Part shown: positions 25,229-36,480 of the stretch, one piece after another
How positions within the stretch are numbered: position 1 is the stretch's first letter
Layout of the letters: each line of letters opens with the position of its first letter
NCBI GenBank assembly: GCA_003971905.1
Contig: RSEE01000019.1
Span: 434,001-498,000, forward strand
Source: Moniliella sp. 'wahieum'
Lineage: Eukaryota
Length of the DNA: 64,000 bases
Direction of reading: 5' to 3'
The notes under the pieces: model-generated
What the model saw: only the letters and a program-made list of their open reading frames with translations
Told to the model about the DNA's origin: nothing
Database searches by the model: none
Translations under genes and position numbers: made by a program

Positions 25229-26910
25229 TCTCGCTCCCAACTCGGGTTGTTGGGCTCTCATCTCAGTGTCGATGAAAGACGTGCCGAATAGGCTTCCATC
25301 ACCACCACACTGTCTTCTCGTGGCGAGGGCGCAATCTGCGTTCCTTCTCGTATTGCTCTGGTACATGAGCTTCCAACCCCTTTTTTGAACCTCGATCTGG
25401 GGTGGTCATCAGCCCCCTACTCGCCGTGGCCTGTGGAGATCCCATTTGAGCCGATACGGTAACCCCATAACCCCCTACCATACCCTTCCAACTCGGCTGT
25501 TCAGTGCCGAGTCACACAACTTGGTGGGTTTTTTCTCCCTTTGGCCGTGATGCATGAGATGGCTTCCTGTACGTGTGCAAACCTTGTCTGAGAGAGGCTC
25601 TGGCCGTACTTGGCTCACGCTTTGTGCGCTGGGCAACAAAGCGGCGGAAAGCCCCAAGACGGTCTATTTTTTTGTCCAGCGCTCACTGGCTCTCGTTCTC
25701 TCTCTTTGGCCTATCCCTACCTCTTCCTCTTCCCTCTTCCGTCCCCATTTCCTTCCTCACTGCTGCCTTCTTTTTTTGCTTCTACTTCTCTACCCCGGGT
25801 TGGCCTGTGCTGGCCACATCCAATCTGCCTACATATGTTTTGCTCGTGCTCCTCTCGCCCCGCCCACTGTATGGACCTGTATCTACCCTCTACCCCCCTC
25901 CCTTTTCCGTGCCTGCTTTGCCTCTCGCCTTTGCCCCCCTCTAAGCCCTCTCCCCCCGCCCCGCTTTCTGTGCCCCCTAGCGCTTAGCTCCCGCGACCCC
26001 CCCACGACCAGATGGCAGTCGTTTTTTGTCGCGCACGAACGCTCGCTCGCCCTCGCTATCGTACCAAGTACCCCTGCTTGGTTCATAACCGTAGACCCCA
26101 TTCCCCTATAGTTGACCTTAGTCGCTCGGTCGGTCTCCTGTCTCGTATCATTCAAAATGTGTATAGCATGTAAGGTTTGGTTGGTAGTTGAGGTCTTGCG
26201 CGGTCCAGTGTCTTGTGGGTACCCTCAGATCCTCTCTCCTGCTATCCTCACTCGCAGTAACAGACCGATACACCACATCAGAGAGCGATGATCATGTCGA
26301 TGATCGATGAGAAGCGTGACGTCACGAGACCTAGGAGGCGAAAGATTGCGTCTGAGTGTCTCAACGCTCACCAACGTCCAACGTCTCCCTAGCCGAGCGC
26401 ACCCTTTCACATGGAACTGTGCTCCCTCTCGGGGTTTTACAAGCGGGGCAAAGGGGACAAAGGGGGGGAGGGGGGGCAGTAGCGTGTGTGGTTTTGAACC
26501 TATGGTGAACCACACCATTGTGCACCGCATAATGCATGTAACATGCATACTCCTGATCCTCAGGCCTCATGCACCTCATGAGGTTAATGATGCCGATGTG
26601 GATTCAGTTTGGCTCCAGGGGACAAGTCGATTGTTCTCCATCTCAGGCACCACATAATGCTGTGGTTCGGCGTGGCCAACGTCAACGTGATCAAACCCCT
26701 GAGCCTCATGCTTCCGGGCGTCAGGGCAGTGTTTCTTGTGTACTGTGAGTACAGGAAGACTAATACAATGCACGCGACCAGCTGGTGCTTGGCACATTCC
26801 ATGTACCATGAGAGATCCATGAGGTCATGGGATGAGGAGAATGTCTTCGGCTGTTGGGTTGGCTGTTGCATGGTTGTAGCTTATCTGACCGGGACGTGTG
26901 GGACGTAGGT

Positions 26911-27470
26911 ACGTTGAACGTTGAACGTTGAACCCGTTGGGCGTTGAACAGATTGACAGGCATCGAACATGCGACAAGAGATGTGTGCTGTAACATGTGG
27001 CAGCGTTGTTGACATTTTGACAGGACGCCTGTTGGAACGTTGAACGTTGATGCATGCATGATGCACGGTAGCCGGTAGCCGGTAGCTGGTAGCCGTAGAT
27101 GTCGATTATGGCACGCGGCAAGTGACTAGTGACTAGCGTGTGACATGTGATATACATGTGACACATACTTGTCAATGGACAAGGCTTGAAGCTTGAAGCT
27201 TGAAGCTTGAAGTGACATGTGACATGTGACAACTGTGGCAGCTCGCCCTAGCTAATAATGTGTGCATCGTGCCTGGCGTGTGCAAGTGACTAGTGACTAG
27301 TGACATGTGACATGTGACATGCATGGCATGCGACTGTGACTTAATGATTGATGATCGATGATCGATGATCGACGACATCGATGATCAATGATTAATGACA
27401 CGTGCTGCTCTGTTGAACACGTTCAACTTTTTGGCATATACGTTGGGCGCATTACGCGTTACGCGTTACC
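26911..27470. repeat. Dense cluster of 7-bp tandem arrays (TGA/TAA/TAG + 4-bp palindrome)
   Basis: (ACGT-TGA)3 26911-26931; TAG-CCGG-TAG-CCGG-TAG 27069-27085; (TGA-AGCT)3 from 27187; TGA-CATG arrays 27213-27229; TGA-CTAG/CATG 27287-27321; (TGA-TCGA)3 from 27352; TTA-CGCG 27452-27468. Confidence 0.9.
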
Positions 27471-29374
27471 GAGCGTTACCCGTTAAAGGGCGACGGACCG
27501 AGGCTGTTGAGGCTCCCGACACGCCAGTGGGAGAATTGACACTCAACGCGTTCGTGTTCGCCCTCGCGTTTGCGTCATCACCCGGGTTACTATATGCAGT
27601 TTTGGGCTGCGAAAACGATGCCCGCGAAGCTTTTTCCAGCGCGTTCAAGACGCGTAAACGCGTGTGAACGGTGCACGTTGAGATCGACGCGTCTAACGAT
27701 TAGGGCAACGCCCTAAGCGGGTTATTTACATGCATTGCACGTTACAAGTTGCCCGCGCCCGCGAGAGCACGCTCAGTACCTAATATACACAACGGAGAGA
27801 GTTTCGCGTGCCTCTGCAGCAGCCGTTCCCTATAGGCTCTGTATGACACACAAACAGCACCGAGTATTCCATGGCGTTTTGAGTTCATGTGAACGGCCAC
27901 AGAAGAGGTTCCACAGATAGAACGTCTCGGAGTTTTTTTTGCAGCTGCTTGTGAACGTACGCTGGAACTTTGCGGTATAGTGAGAAGCGTTTCTTCTGTT
28001 CCTGCCATATTCCGATCATTTACAGAGCTTAATAAGGCTTTTGGACAAAGACACCTATTCTGCCCCTGGTTTGTCTTCACGTGTCTCAAATGGTATATGC
28101 ATTCAGCAGAAGGAAACAAAATGAAGGTGAGTGGGAGATCTCTAAGAAAGGTGCAGGGACATGCGAGGGGTCTTGCATATGCTCCCGGGCAAGGAGCTTG
28201 ACTTTCAGCTTAACTTGGGAATCGCACCTTTCCCTTTTTTACCTGTACCTTTACCTTTACTTTTACCTTTACCTTGATGTTTGAAGGCTCTGCACGGGTC
28301 TCAAGTTGAACGTTGACACTCGCCTAGCCGGCCGGAAGAAGAGATCCCCTCGGAGACGCGGCGCACTCCCTGTGGGCTCTCCCCATCTCCCTCCTCTTTA
28401 TCCAGTCTTCTTCCCTTCAGATGTTGCTTGAAAACTTGTGGCTCACCATACTTCTTCGTTTTATGCATTTTGTCTGAAGGCTACTATGCAATAGGATCCC
28501 CGTCAGAGTGTTCCCAAAGCCGCCAGCACCCGGTGGCACTTTACTCGTTGAAGGTTGACTCCAAAGCTTATAACGAGAAAACGACGAAAGACTTTTTGGG
28601 GGGGTGGCGAAGCTGTCCATGAAGGCTGTCAGCAAACAGGATACCGGCACTTGGGTACTTAAATCTGAGACGAGATGAGATGCACTTCAGAGCTCTCCGT
28701 AGTGTAATGTTGGGGAGCACACCTTTGTGTCCCTAGTATAATAGGCTAAAGCAAATCCTGATAGCGAGGGCTTTGTCGGGCCCAGCTAGACCTGCACCAC
28801 TGGATTCGAGGAGTGTCAGAGCTGAAATAGCATGACGAGACCATCCGCAGTGGTAGCGAGGAAGAGCAATGAATACAGCTCTCAGACTCACAATGCGCTT
28901 GATGCGTGCTCGAAGAGCGCGCTGAGAGGCGAGTGCTGAGTGCGGAGCGTGAGAAGCTAGAAGGTTGAGCTTGGAAACTGGAAGGCGCTGGTATCACGTG
29001 CCCTTGCGCAGGGCGGCATGCTTACGCAATTAGGCAACCCCACTGGGATCATCGGCCATTTGATCAATTGGATCGATCATCGATACTTTTTGCTCCCGCC
29101 GGCACTGGACTGCTCCACCTTTCTGGCCAGCAGCCCATCTTCTGGCCTCCAGCTTCCCGCATCTGCCATCCGCTCGTTCGTCATCCACTGCCCCCCCGAC
29201 GCGTCGTTTCCTTGTGCTCTGTGCTCCCCGCCATCCCAATGCGCATCCCCGCCGCCTGGCGGCCCTGCGTGCTGCACTCACGCCGCCCCCACCTTCTTCC
29301 TCGCCCCCACCTCCCCCTCCTCCCATCCGTCCGCTACGCCCACTCCCCCGATCAGGCCACCCTTGCTGAACTCC

Positions 29375-31834
29375 ATGCCGCCAACAAGGCTGCCGCACGC
29401 ACCTGTCCCCGTCCTTCCCGAGTCGGCGTGGAGCAAGACCCTGATCGATGGTCCTGCTCGCAGCAAGGGGACCGCCTCTCTCGCTTCATCAGCGAGCCCA
29501 GGCAAGCTTTCGACTGAAGGTAAGCACATCTTTTTTTGTGTCCGCCCCTACCTTGCTCTTTGACCTGTGACCTAACGCTTGGATTCACGTCAGCCCTGGA
29601 AGACAGGAAACGCAATGCGGCTACCACGAGAGTATCCTCCTGTCACGCCCTTGCCGGACGCAGTGGTCTATGACCAGCCAGCGATTCCCAACCCTGCCCA
29701 GACAGCCGAAGCGCACCGCACATTGCGTCGGCGCAGCTATTTCATTGGCAAGGTGGTTGTGGGAAGTGCTCTTGTTGGTGGGATTGTGTACCTTCTGCTC
29801 CCCAATGCGTACCTCGATGCGCCGGCGGATGGTACTAAGGACCTTGTTCCGGTCGGAGCAGAGACGAAGGATGAGTTGATCGCGCGGTTGACCCAGGCCA
29901 ACAGTCTGGTCTCGCCCGAAGAGTTGGACCGAATGATTGCGGTCGAATTGCGCAAGCACAGGGCTCATCAAGCCCGAGAGCAAGCTACCAGCTCGGTCGA
30001 ACCTAGCAAAGTGAGCTACGTGTTGCTCAGCATTCAGCGTTCCTCTACGATCGCTAAAGCTGTAGTGGCGAGCATGTGGGATTACCGCAAGACCCTCAAT
30101 GCTTCCTATGCGGATGAGGAGGCTGAGCGAGCTGCCCTGGGCCGCTGTCACACCCGCAGTGCCAAGCGTGTGCTACAGGCCCTCCAAGCTAACGGCGGAA
30201 TTTACATCAAACTTGGCCAGCACGTCAGCGCAACGCTCTTTATCCCCCATGAGTGGAGAGATGTGCTCCGACCGTTGCAAGACCAAAACAAGCCTACACC
30301 CCCTGCCCGAGCTCGAGGCCACGTTCCGAGCAGAGACAGGCAAGTCGTTTGAACAAGCCTTTAGCGTCATCGACGCCACTCCGATCGGCGTGGCGAGTTT
30401 GGCACAAGTTCACCGTGCTGTTGAGCGCGACACGGGACGCGAGGTGGCTATCAAGATGATGCACCCTGATGTAGAGCGGTTTTCGGCGATCGACATTGCG
30501 ACGGTCAATCGTCTTACCGCGTTGGTCAAGCGTACTTTCCCCACATTGAATTTACTTGGCTTGCCGAGGAGATGAACCACAACATGCCTCTCGAGATGGA
30601 CTTTGCTCACGAACGGGGAATGCGGAGCATGCCCGTCTAGACTTTACACGGTACAAGTCGACGCCCGTGTACATTCCTGAGGTGTACTTTGCTAGTAAGC
30701 GGGTGATGGTCATGGAGTTCATCCACGGTCGTCGCCCCGACGACCTCGAGTATCTGCGCAAGCATCATATCAATCGCAACGAGGTCCCAAGAATTGAGCA
30801 AGGCGTTTGCCCAGATGCTCTATATCCATGGCTTTTTCATGCCGATCCCCATGCGGGGAATGTCCTGATCCGCGCTATTCTACCCAAGAGTCCCCTCGCT
30901 TCCCACACGCGGTCGCCACACAACTTTGAACTGGTGCTGCTCGACCATGGTCTCTATTTCCATATCCCACAAGCGCTTCGGGCGGATTATGCACGCTTTT
31001 GGCTGTCCCTCCTGTCCCACGGGACCCCATCGGTCCAAACCCAGCGCCGCCAACTGGCCAAGCGCGTGGCAAATATTGGCGACGACCTCTACCCTATCCT
31101 GGAGAGCGCGATCACTGGTCGCAGCGGTCTGGAAGGGAGCGACCCCAACAACCCGCATGGTGTGGGAGGAAAGCGCCGCCCCACCTCGCTGCTTGACATG
31201 GACGGTGGCGCTACGATGACTCGTGCCGAGAAGGCTCACATTCAGAAGACCATGATGGAGCGGGAAGGACTATTTGAGATGTGTTGCGGATGTTGCGAGC
31301 GATGCCACGGCAAATGTTAATGGTGCTGAAGCTCAACGACCTTACCCCGGCTTGGACATGTCTCTCCACACTACCCATGGCCCAATCCGTCCGTTTATTA
31401 TCTCTGCTCGCTTCTGTGCCGCATGCGTATGGGACGACGATTGGCGTACGCTCCAAGCCGAGCGCAGGAGGGACGGGTGGAGTATGGGGTGGCTCAAAGC
31501 CTAGTAGGGCATGGTATAGCTATGCCGTACGTACTTCCCGGTTTGTTGTTTGCACTAAAGAGGAAGGAGTTCAACTGACCACTTGGAACGCCGCCAGTAC
31601 TTTAACTACGGCTTCCATCTACTCGAGTGCTACTCGGACGCCCAAGCGCGCATTGGGATTGTATCGCTGTATGTGCGCACGATGCTGTTGCATGGGTTTG
31701 CGGCGGCGTCCCGTGCGGCGGCTGGGATCGAAGAAGAGGAGGAAGAGCAAAACGCAGAGGAAACCCAGGCCGAGGCTGAGATGGACAATGCGTTACTGGA
31801 GGCTCATGCGTCCTTGCCTACTGCTACTGCCTAG
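29375..31834 (+). CDS. ABC1/UbiB-family atypical kinase (ADCK1/Mcp2-like, mitochondrial); frameshifted
   Basis: NGGIYIKLGQH (KxGQ), PIGVASLAQVHRA, VAIKMMHP, VMVMEFIHG, FHADPHAGNVL, LLDHGLY. Introns at 29520-29593 and about 31527-31597. Confidence 0.92.
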
Positions 31835-32958
31835 ACTTGATCGGCCCCATTCGCATCTAATCTATACGTGCTGTGTTTTTACTCGTGTTGGCCCAACTAT
31901 TACCCGGCCGACTAGGCTATCATGCAAGCAGTCCAGCGACCTCCTCAACTTTCCGATAATAGGGGTCAAAGGAGTGATCACGGCATGGGAGTAAGAATTG
32001 AAGGGGAGGCGAGGGCGAAGAGATATGCTTGCTGTACTCCCCCTTTTGACGAGTAAGGATACGTATGTAGATGTAGAGCATGGTGGGGACGGGGACTGTA
32101 TGGTTCGCATCTAGGGTACACCTCAGGAGGAAGAGTTGGTGGTAGATGCCTTAGTAGTAAATATGACGGAGAGGGAAGTTTTGCTTTATTCTTATTGTGG
32201 CTTTCCCTCGACAGTGGAGGTACACGCCACCACTCTTTAAGGCACGCACGGAGACTCATCGACAAAGGGGTTGTGGTAATATCCCACCGAATTCATATGC
32301 ACTATCCGGCTGCGGTCCATGAATAGCGCAACAGCCACGGAATGGGCGAGCGCATCCTCCCACACTTTGTTGACGGCAGCTGGGATGTAGGCTGGGGATA
32401 GAGGTTTCCACCATCCCCCTTCGCGGCCCACAATCTCAATTCTTCTACCGATACGGATGGCAATCCAGCCACCGAATCGTACAACCACTGGCACAGGGGA
32501 TCAGCTGCACTTTTTTCGGGAAGACATTTGCATGTTACACCTCTTCGAATTTATCTGTCCCCTGCCAAGCTCTTGTGACTCTACCGTTTACCCTGGCTGG
32601 AGAGGGTTGGAGTCTGGCAATGCAATCTGGCTCATACACTGGCGGGGCAGATATGGGGAACTTGCACTTTGTAACGTCGAAGCTTGACATGCTTGAAGCT
32701 TGACAGCTTGACAAAAGGGTTAGGTTTGCTTTGAGCAGCAAGCGCAACCGGTAATCAAGTGTACAGGGCTTTTTGGTGCTATGGCCACCACAACCACAAT
32801 AACATCAGTGTGCATGAGCACCACATTACAGATGTCGACGCCTACGTGATAGCAGGGGTCACGTCAAAGATCGAGATCGGTACGAGTTCAGTACTGAGCA
32901 AGCAAGAGCTCATCTCAGGACTAGCGGCTTAGTTTAACTACCGCCAATACGAATGCAA

Positions 32959-34284
32959 TCACAGATCTTCATGAGCCGCTTCCCTTTGCTCGTCAGCCTT
33001 GGCTTCCTCTACCTTGGTCTTTTCTTGGTCCGCCGCCGCCTTGAACGACTGAGCCAATTTCTCGTCCACCGTAGCGCGCAGAATATTCAGCTTAGTCGTG
33101 ATTTGGTCCAGCTTGGCCCCACCCAACGCGACGTGGGACGAATTGTCGGCAGACTTGGCCAGGATCTTTTCCAAACGAGCGATCTCCTTGGTTACCCAGC
33201 TTTCCGACTGTTTCACCTTGTCCAGCACACGGCCATAGTACTTAGCCGCCGTCGCCTGGGCCTCCCCGCTACCCACCTCGCCCGAACGAATCTGGGCCAG
33301 GAGTGTGTCAATGTAGTCACGTGCCGAGTCAGCAATCGACACTAGCTCAGCTGCGAACCCATCGGCCTTGTTGGTGGCAGCGGTAATGTAGTTGTTCAGC
33401 ATCCGATCCAGTGCAGGTAGGCGACCAGCAAGGTTGGATAGGCCGCGCCGCCCGCTGGCGGAACGTGCCAGCATTGGCATTGATGTATGACAGTAGCCCT
33501 TCCTCGGTGCGTTCGCCGTTGAACGCCTGGTAGGTCTTCTCCTTTCCCTCAGCCTGCTCAGCCGAGGTCAAGGCAGGGAAATAAATCAGGGTGGGGTAGC
33601 TCTGAATGTTGAAACGCTCACCCAGGTCGCGGTACTTGTCCGCATCCACCTGGGCTAGCACCACCTCTGCATCACGCTCAAAGTCCTTCGCTGCTGCGTC
33701 GTAGGCGGGTGCGAGACGCTTGCAGTAGCCACACCAGGGCGCAAAGAACTCGACCAAAACATTCTTGCTCGGGTCCAACGCGACTTGGTCAAACGTGGCA
33801 GGAGTAAGCTCCTGGGCATTGGTGGCGTGCGCCTCGCTCTTCTTAGGAGCTTCAGGCTTGACAGGCGACTTGATCCCAATCTTCCCTGACACATACGTCG
33901 AAAGCGACGACAAATCACGTCCGACCTCGACAGTTTCGGCCTGCTCCTTGGTTGCCGCATCGGCAGGGAACCAGAGCAAGGTGGGGAACCCTTGGATGTC
34001 AAACTTGGACATAAGCTTACGGTTGCTGTCGCCATCGACTTGGGCAATCAGGACTTTGTCTTGGTGCTTGGAAAAGGAATCGGCAAGCTCCGCATAGGTG
34101 GGGGCCAGGTTTTTGCAGTGGCCACACCAGGGGCAAAGAACTCGACCAGGGCAGGCTTGCCCTGGCCAACAAGCTTGTTGAACTCCTTTTCGCTGCCGAT
34201 CAGTACGGCCTCGGCTGTAACAAGCAGTGCGCCGACGACCGCCGACGCGAGCAACAGGAGGATCGATCCCGATAGTCCACGCAT
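32959..34284 (-). CDS. Protein disulfide isomerase, ERp38/TigA type (two thioredoxin domains plus helical C domain)
   Basis: Signal peptide MRGLSGSILLLLASAVVG; VEFFAPWCGHCKNLAP (across a 1-nt deletion); VEFFAPWCGYCKRLAP; ERp29-like helical tail KYYGRVLDK...KEIARLEKIL; C-terminal HEDL-stop. Confidence 0.92.
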
Positions 34285-34666
34285 GGCTGGCTGCCCCGAG
34301 AAGAGTAGGTGGAGGGGAGTTGAGAAGGACCCTCGAGCCGATGATGGAAGGCCGCGCGGTCTGGGCTGCTGAGTGCTGATCGCCTGCAAGTCGCAGCTGT
34401 TTGTTGCTGGGGGCTGGGGGGCTGTCTGGAGCGGGCGGCGCAGCGGCTCCACGTCATGCGATGTTGTATCCTGCAACATTGCCTCGGGGGCAGCAGTGAT
34501 GCATGACGCGTGGTGCATGATAGACGATGTGTCCATGCATGTCTGGCTCGTGCGCGCAGCCGCTTACCTCATACGAGCTGGGTCCCAGCGCCATGGCCGC
34601 CGGGTGCTCAGCCCCACCCACCGCCGCACCGCCTCGCCCGACCAGCCTCCCTCTTGCCCCACCACC

Positions 34667-35832
34667 ATGTCCGAGCGTGACCCACTGCGTGCTGCCAGGA
34701 CCTTATGCGGCGCCTCCCGCCCCAGCGCACGGCGGCCAACCGGCTCTGCTGCTGGACAGCCTCCCCGATCTGGCTGAGGACCTGAGCACCCAGCTGGACA
34801 TGCCTCTCCAGGTCGCCATTGATTCGTCACCCGAGGGAGCCGGCCGTGAATACCTTTGCTGTGACTACAACCGCGAGGGCGACTCTTTCCGCTCTCATTG
34901 GTCGAACGCGTACTACCCTCCATTTACCACGGCTGACGGGTACGAGGGCGAGCTGCCTTCGCGCGAGATGCGCGCCCTTGAGATCAAGGCCAACCAAGCA
35001 TTTGACACGTACCGCCAACTGTACGTTTCAAACCCTTTGACTAATGCGCACTTGCATCCCTTTCTTTATACTCACCTGCACCTCCCTGTGTATTCAGCTA
35101 CTTCGAAGGTGGCCTGTCTTCGGTATACATGTGGGAGAACCCACCGCTCGGTTTGCCGGGGTGGTGCTACTGCGGAAGGATGTGTCGACTGGCAGTGCGG
35201 ACCCGATCGCCAAACAGGAAGGCGCGGAGTTGGCGTGCTCCCCATTTCGGGCACGTGGGACTCAATCCACATCTTTACAGTAACTCCCGAGGCGGCCGGG
35301 GGAAGGCGTTCCGGTACCACATTGACTCCAACATTATGCTCCGCATGGCCAAGGGCAAAACCGCAGACCCAGATGCTGCTGCTAACCGGATCTTACTGGG
35401 GACGAGATTCCTATCCCCCCTGGCTTGGCCGGGTTTGGCTCGGAGGCAATCTGAGCAATCGGTGAGTTACCTGTTCCGTTGCGAACAGACGCCGTTCTGG
35501 ATCCTAATTTTGTATTTTCGCAGGTGGACGAGGAGCACCAGGCATCCGACCCGGGGGCCCACATTGTTAACTTGGGTCAGATGGTGGAGGCTCAAGAGAA
35601 CTTGATTCGTTCACAAGTCCAAGTATGTGAAGTTGACCCCTGGCAGAGCGAGAGAGTGGCTGAGTACTGACCCCCCTTGGTTTTGGCGTGAAAGGACATT
35701 TACTTTGGCAAGACCCGCGTCGTGGGCAAGCTGCGTAGTCAAACTAATAATCTTCAAGAGGCCCGGGCTCAGGATGAAGTACGGAGGGAGCTAATGGCGC
35801 GTGTGCTGCTCCGAAAGCCAGCACAGGCTTGA
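34667..35832 (+). CDS. CAP2: F-actin capping protein beta subunit
   Basis: DLMRRLPP, REYLCCDYNREGDSFRSHWSNAYYPP, LEIKANQAFDTYRQLY|YFEGGLSSVYMWE, GTWDSIHIF, HIVNLGQMVE, DIYFGKT. Introns near 35021-35097, 35462-35523 and 35623-35694. Confidence 0.93.
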
Positions 35833-36480
35833 ACCATGGACGGACCAGAATTGTGTGTCTTATCAAGCTTGCCTGTCAATGGCAAACCAGCTGGCAGACC
35901 AACTATGACCAACTATGACGTAAGGTACATGTCTGCGCGCCAACAACCTTCAGGTTCTCCGAATGTGAAGCTCGTGCCCGCTCATATGGTTTCTATGGAG
36001 GCAGATTACAGCTTCTTGATGTTGGTGAAGGAGAGGGAGGGCAGCGCACGGAACTGTTGGCTTGGGGACTGCCTGGATGGTCAACGATGTCGGATGGAAT
36101 TGACTGTCTCGTGGCATGGGGGGTGTTGGTTGTGTGTGAGCTCGGCGAAGAGAGAGGTCCTCTTCTCGGTTGGCGAGTGCGCGCAATGGGGCCAGAGTGA
36201 AGGCTAGAGGGTCAGTCTGTGTTGAACCACAAGCGGAGCTGGCGTAGCCAGAGGCGTGGGGTCCGCGTATCTATCAGAACAGTTGCTTACGTTACAGGAT
36301 CCGCACAGCTTCAGCACCGCAGGTGCAACCGGTGACATTGCAACAAACCCACCCTGGCACAGGGCCAGTGTGGATGGCCACGTCGATCGTAGCCCATCCC
36401 TATTGCTCTTCCTCCATCGCACCCTCCTTTTTTCGCTTGCCTTCCCTCCCCCCCCTTCACGCCCGCCCTCTGTACCGCCC

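Noticed and set aside
26307..26908. ORFs of 77-116 aa on both strands as a TE fragment
   Set aside because: No transposase, RT or integrase motif, no terminal repeats or target-site duplication seen.
19050..27470. Heptamer arrays as telomeric repeats or restriction-site cloning artefacts
   Set aside because: No TTAGGG-type unit. The arrays are dispersed, degenerate and embedded in native intergenic DNA, unlike a polylinker.
31978..32750. Short minus-strand ORFs between ABC1 and PDI
   Set aside because: No motif or clear splice structure. Probably convergent 3' intergenic sequence.
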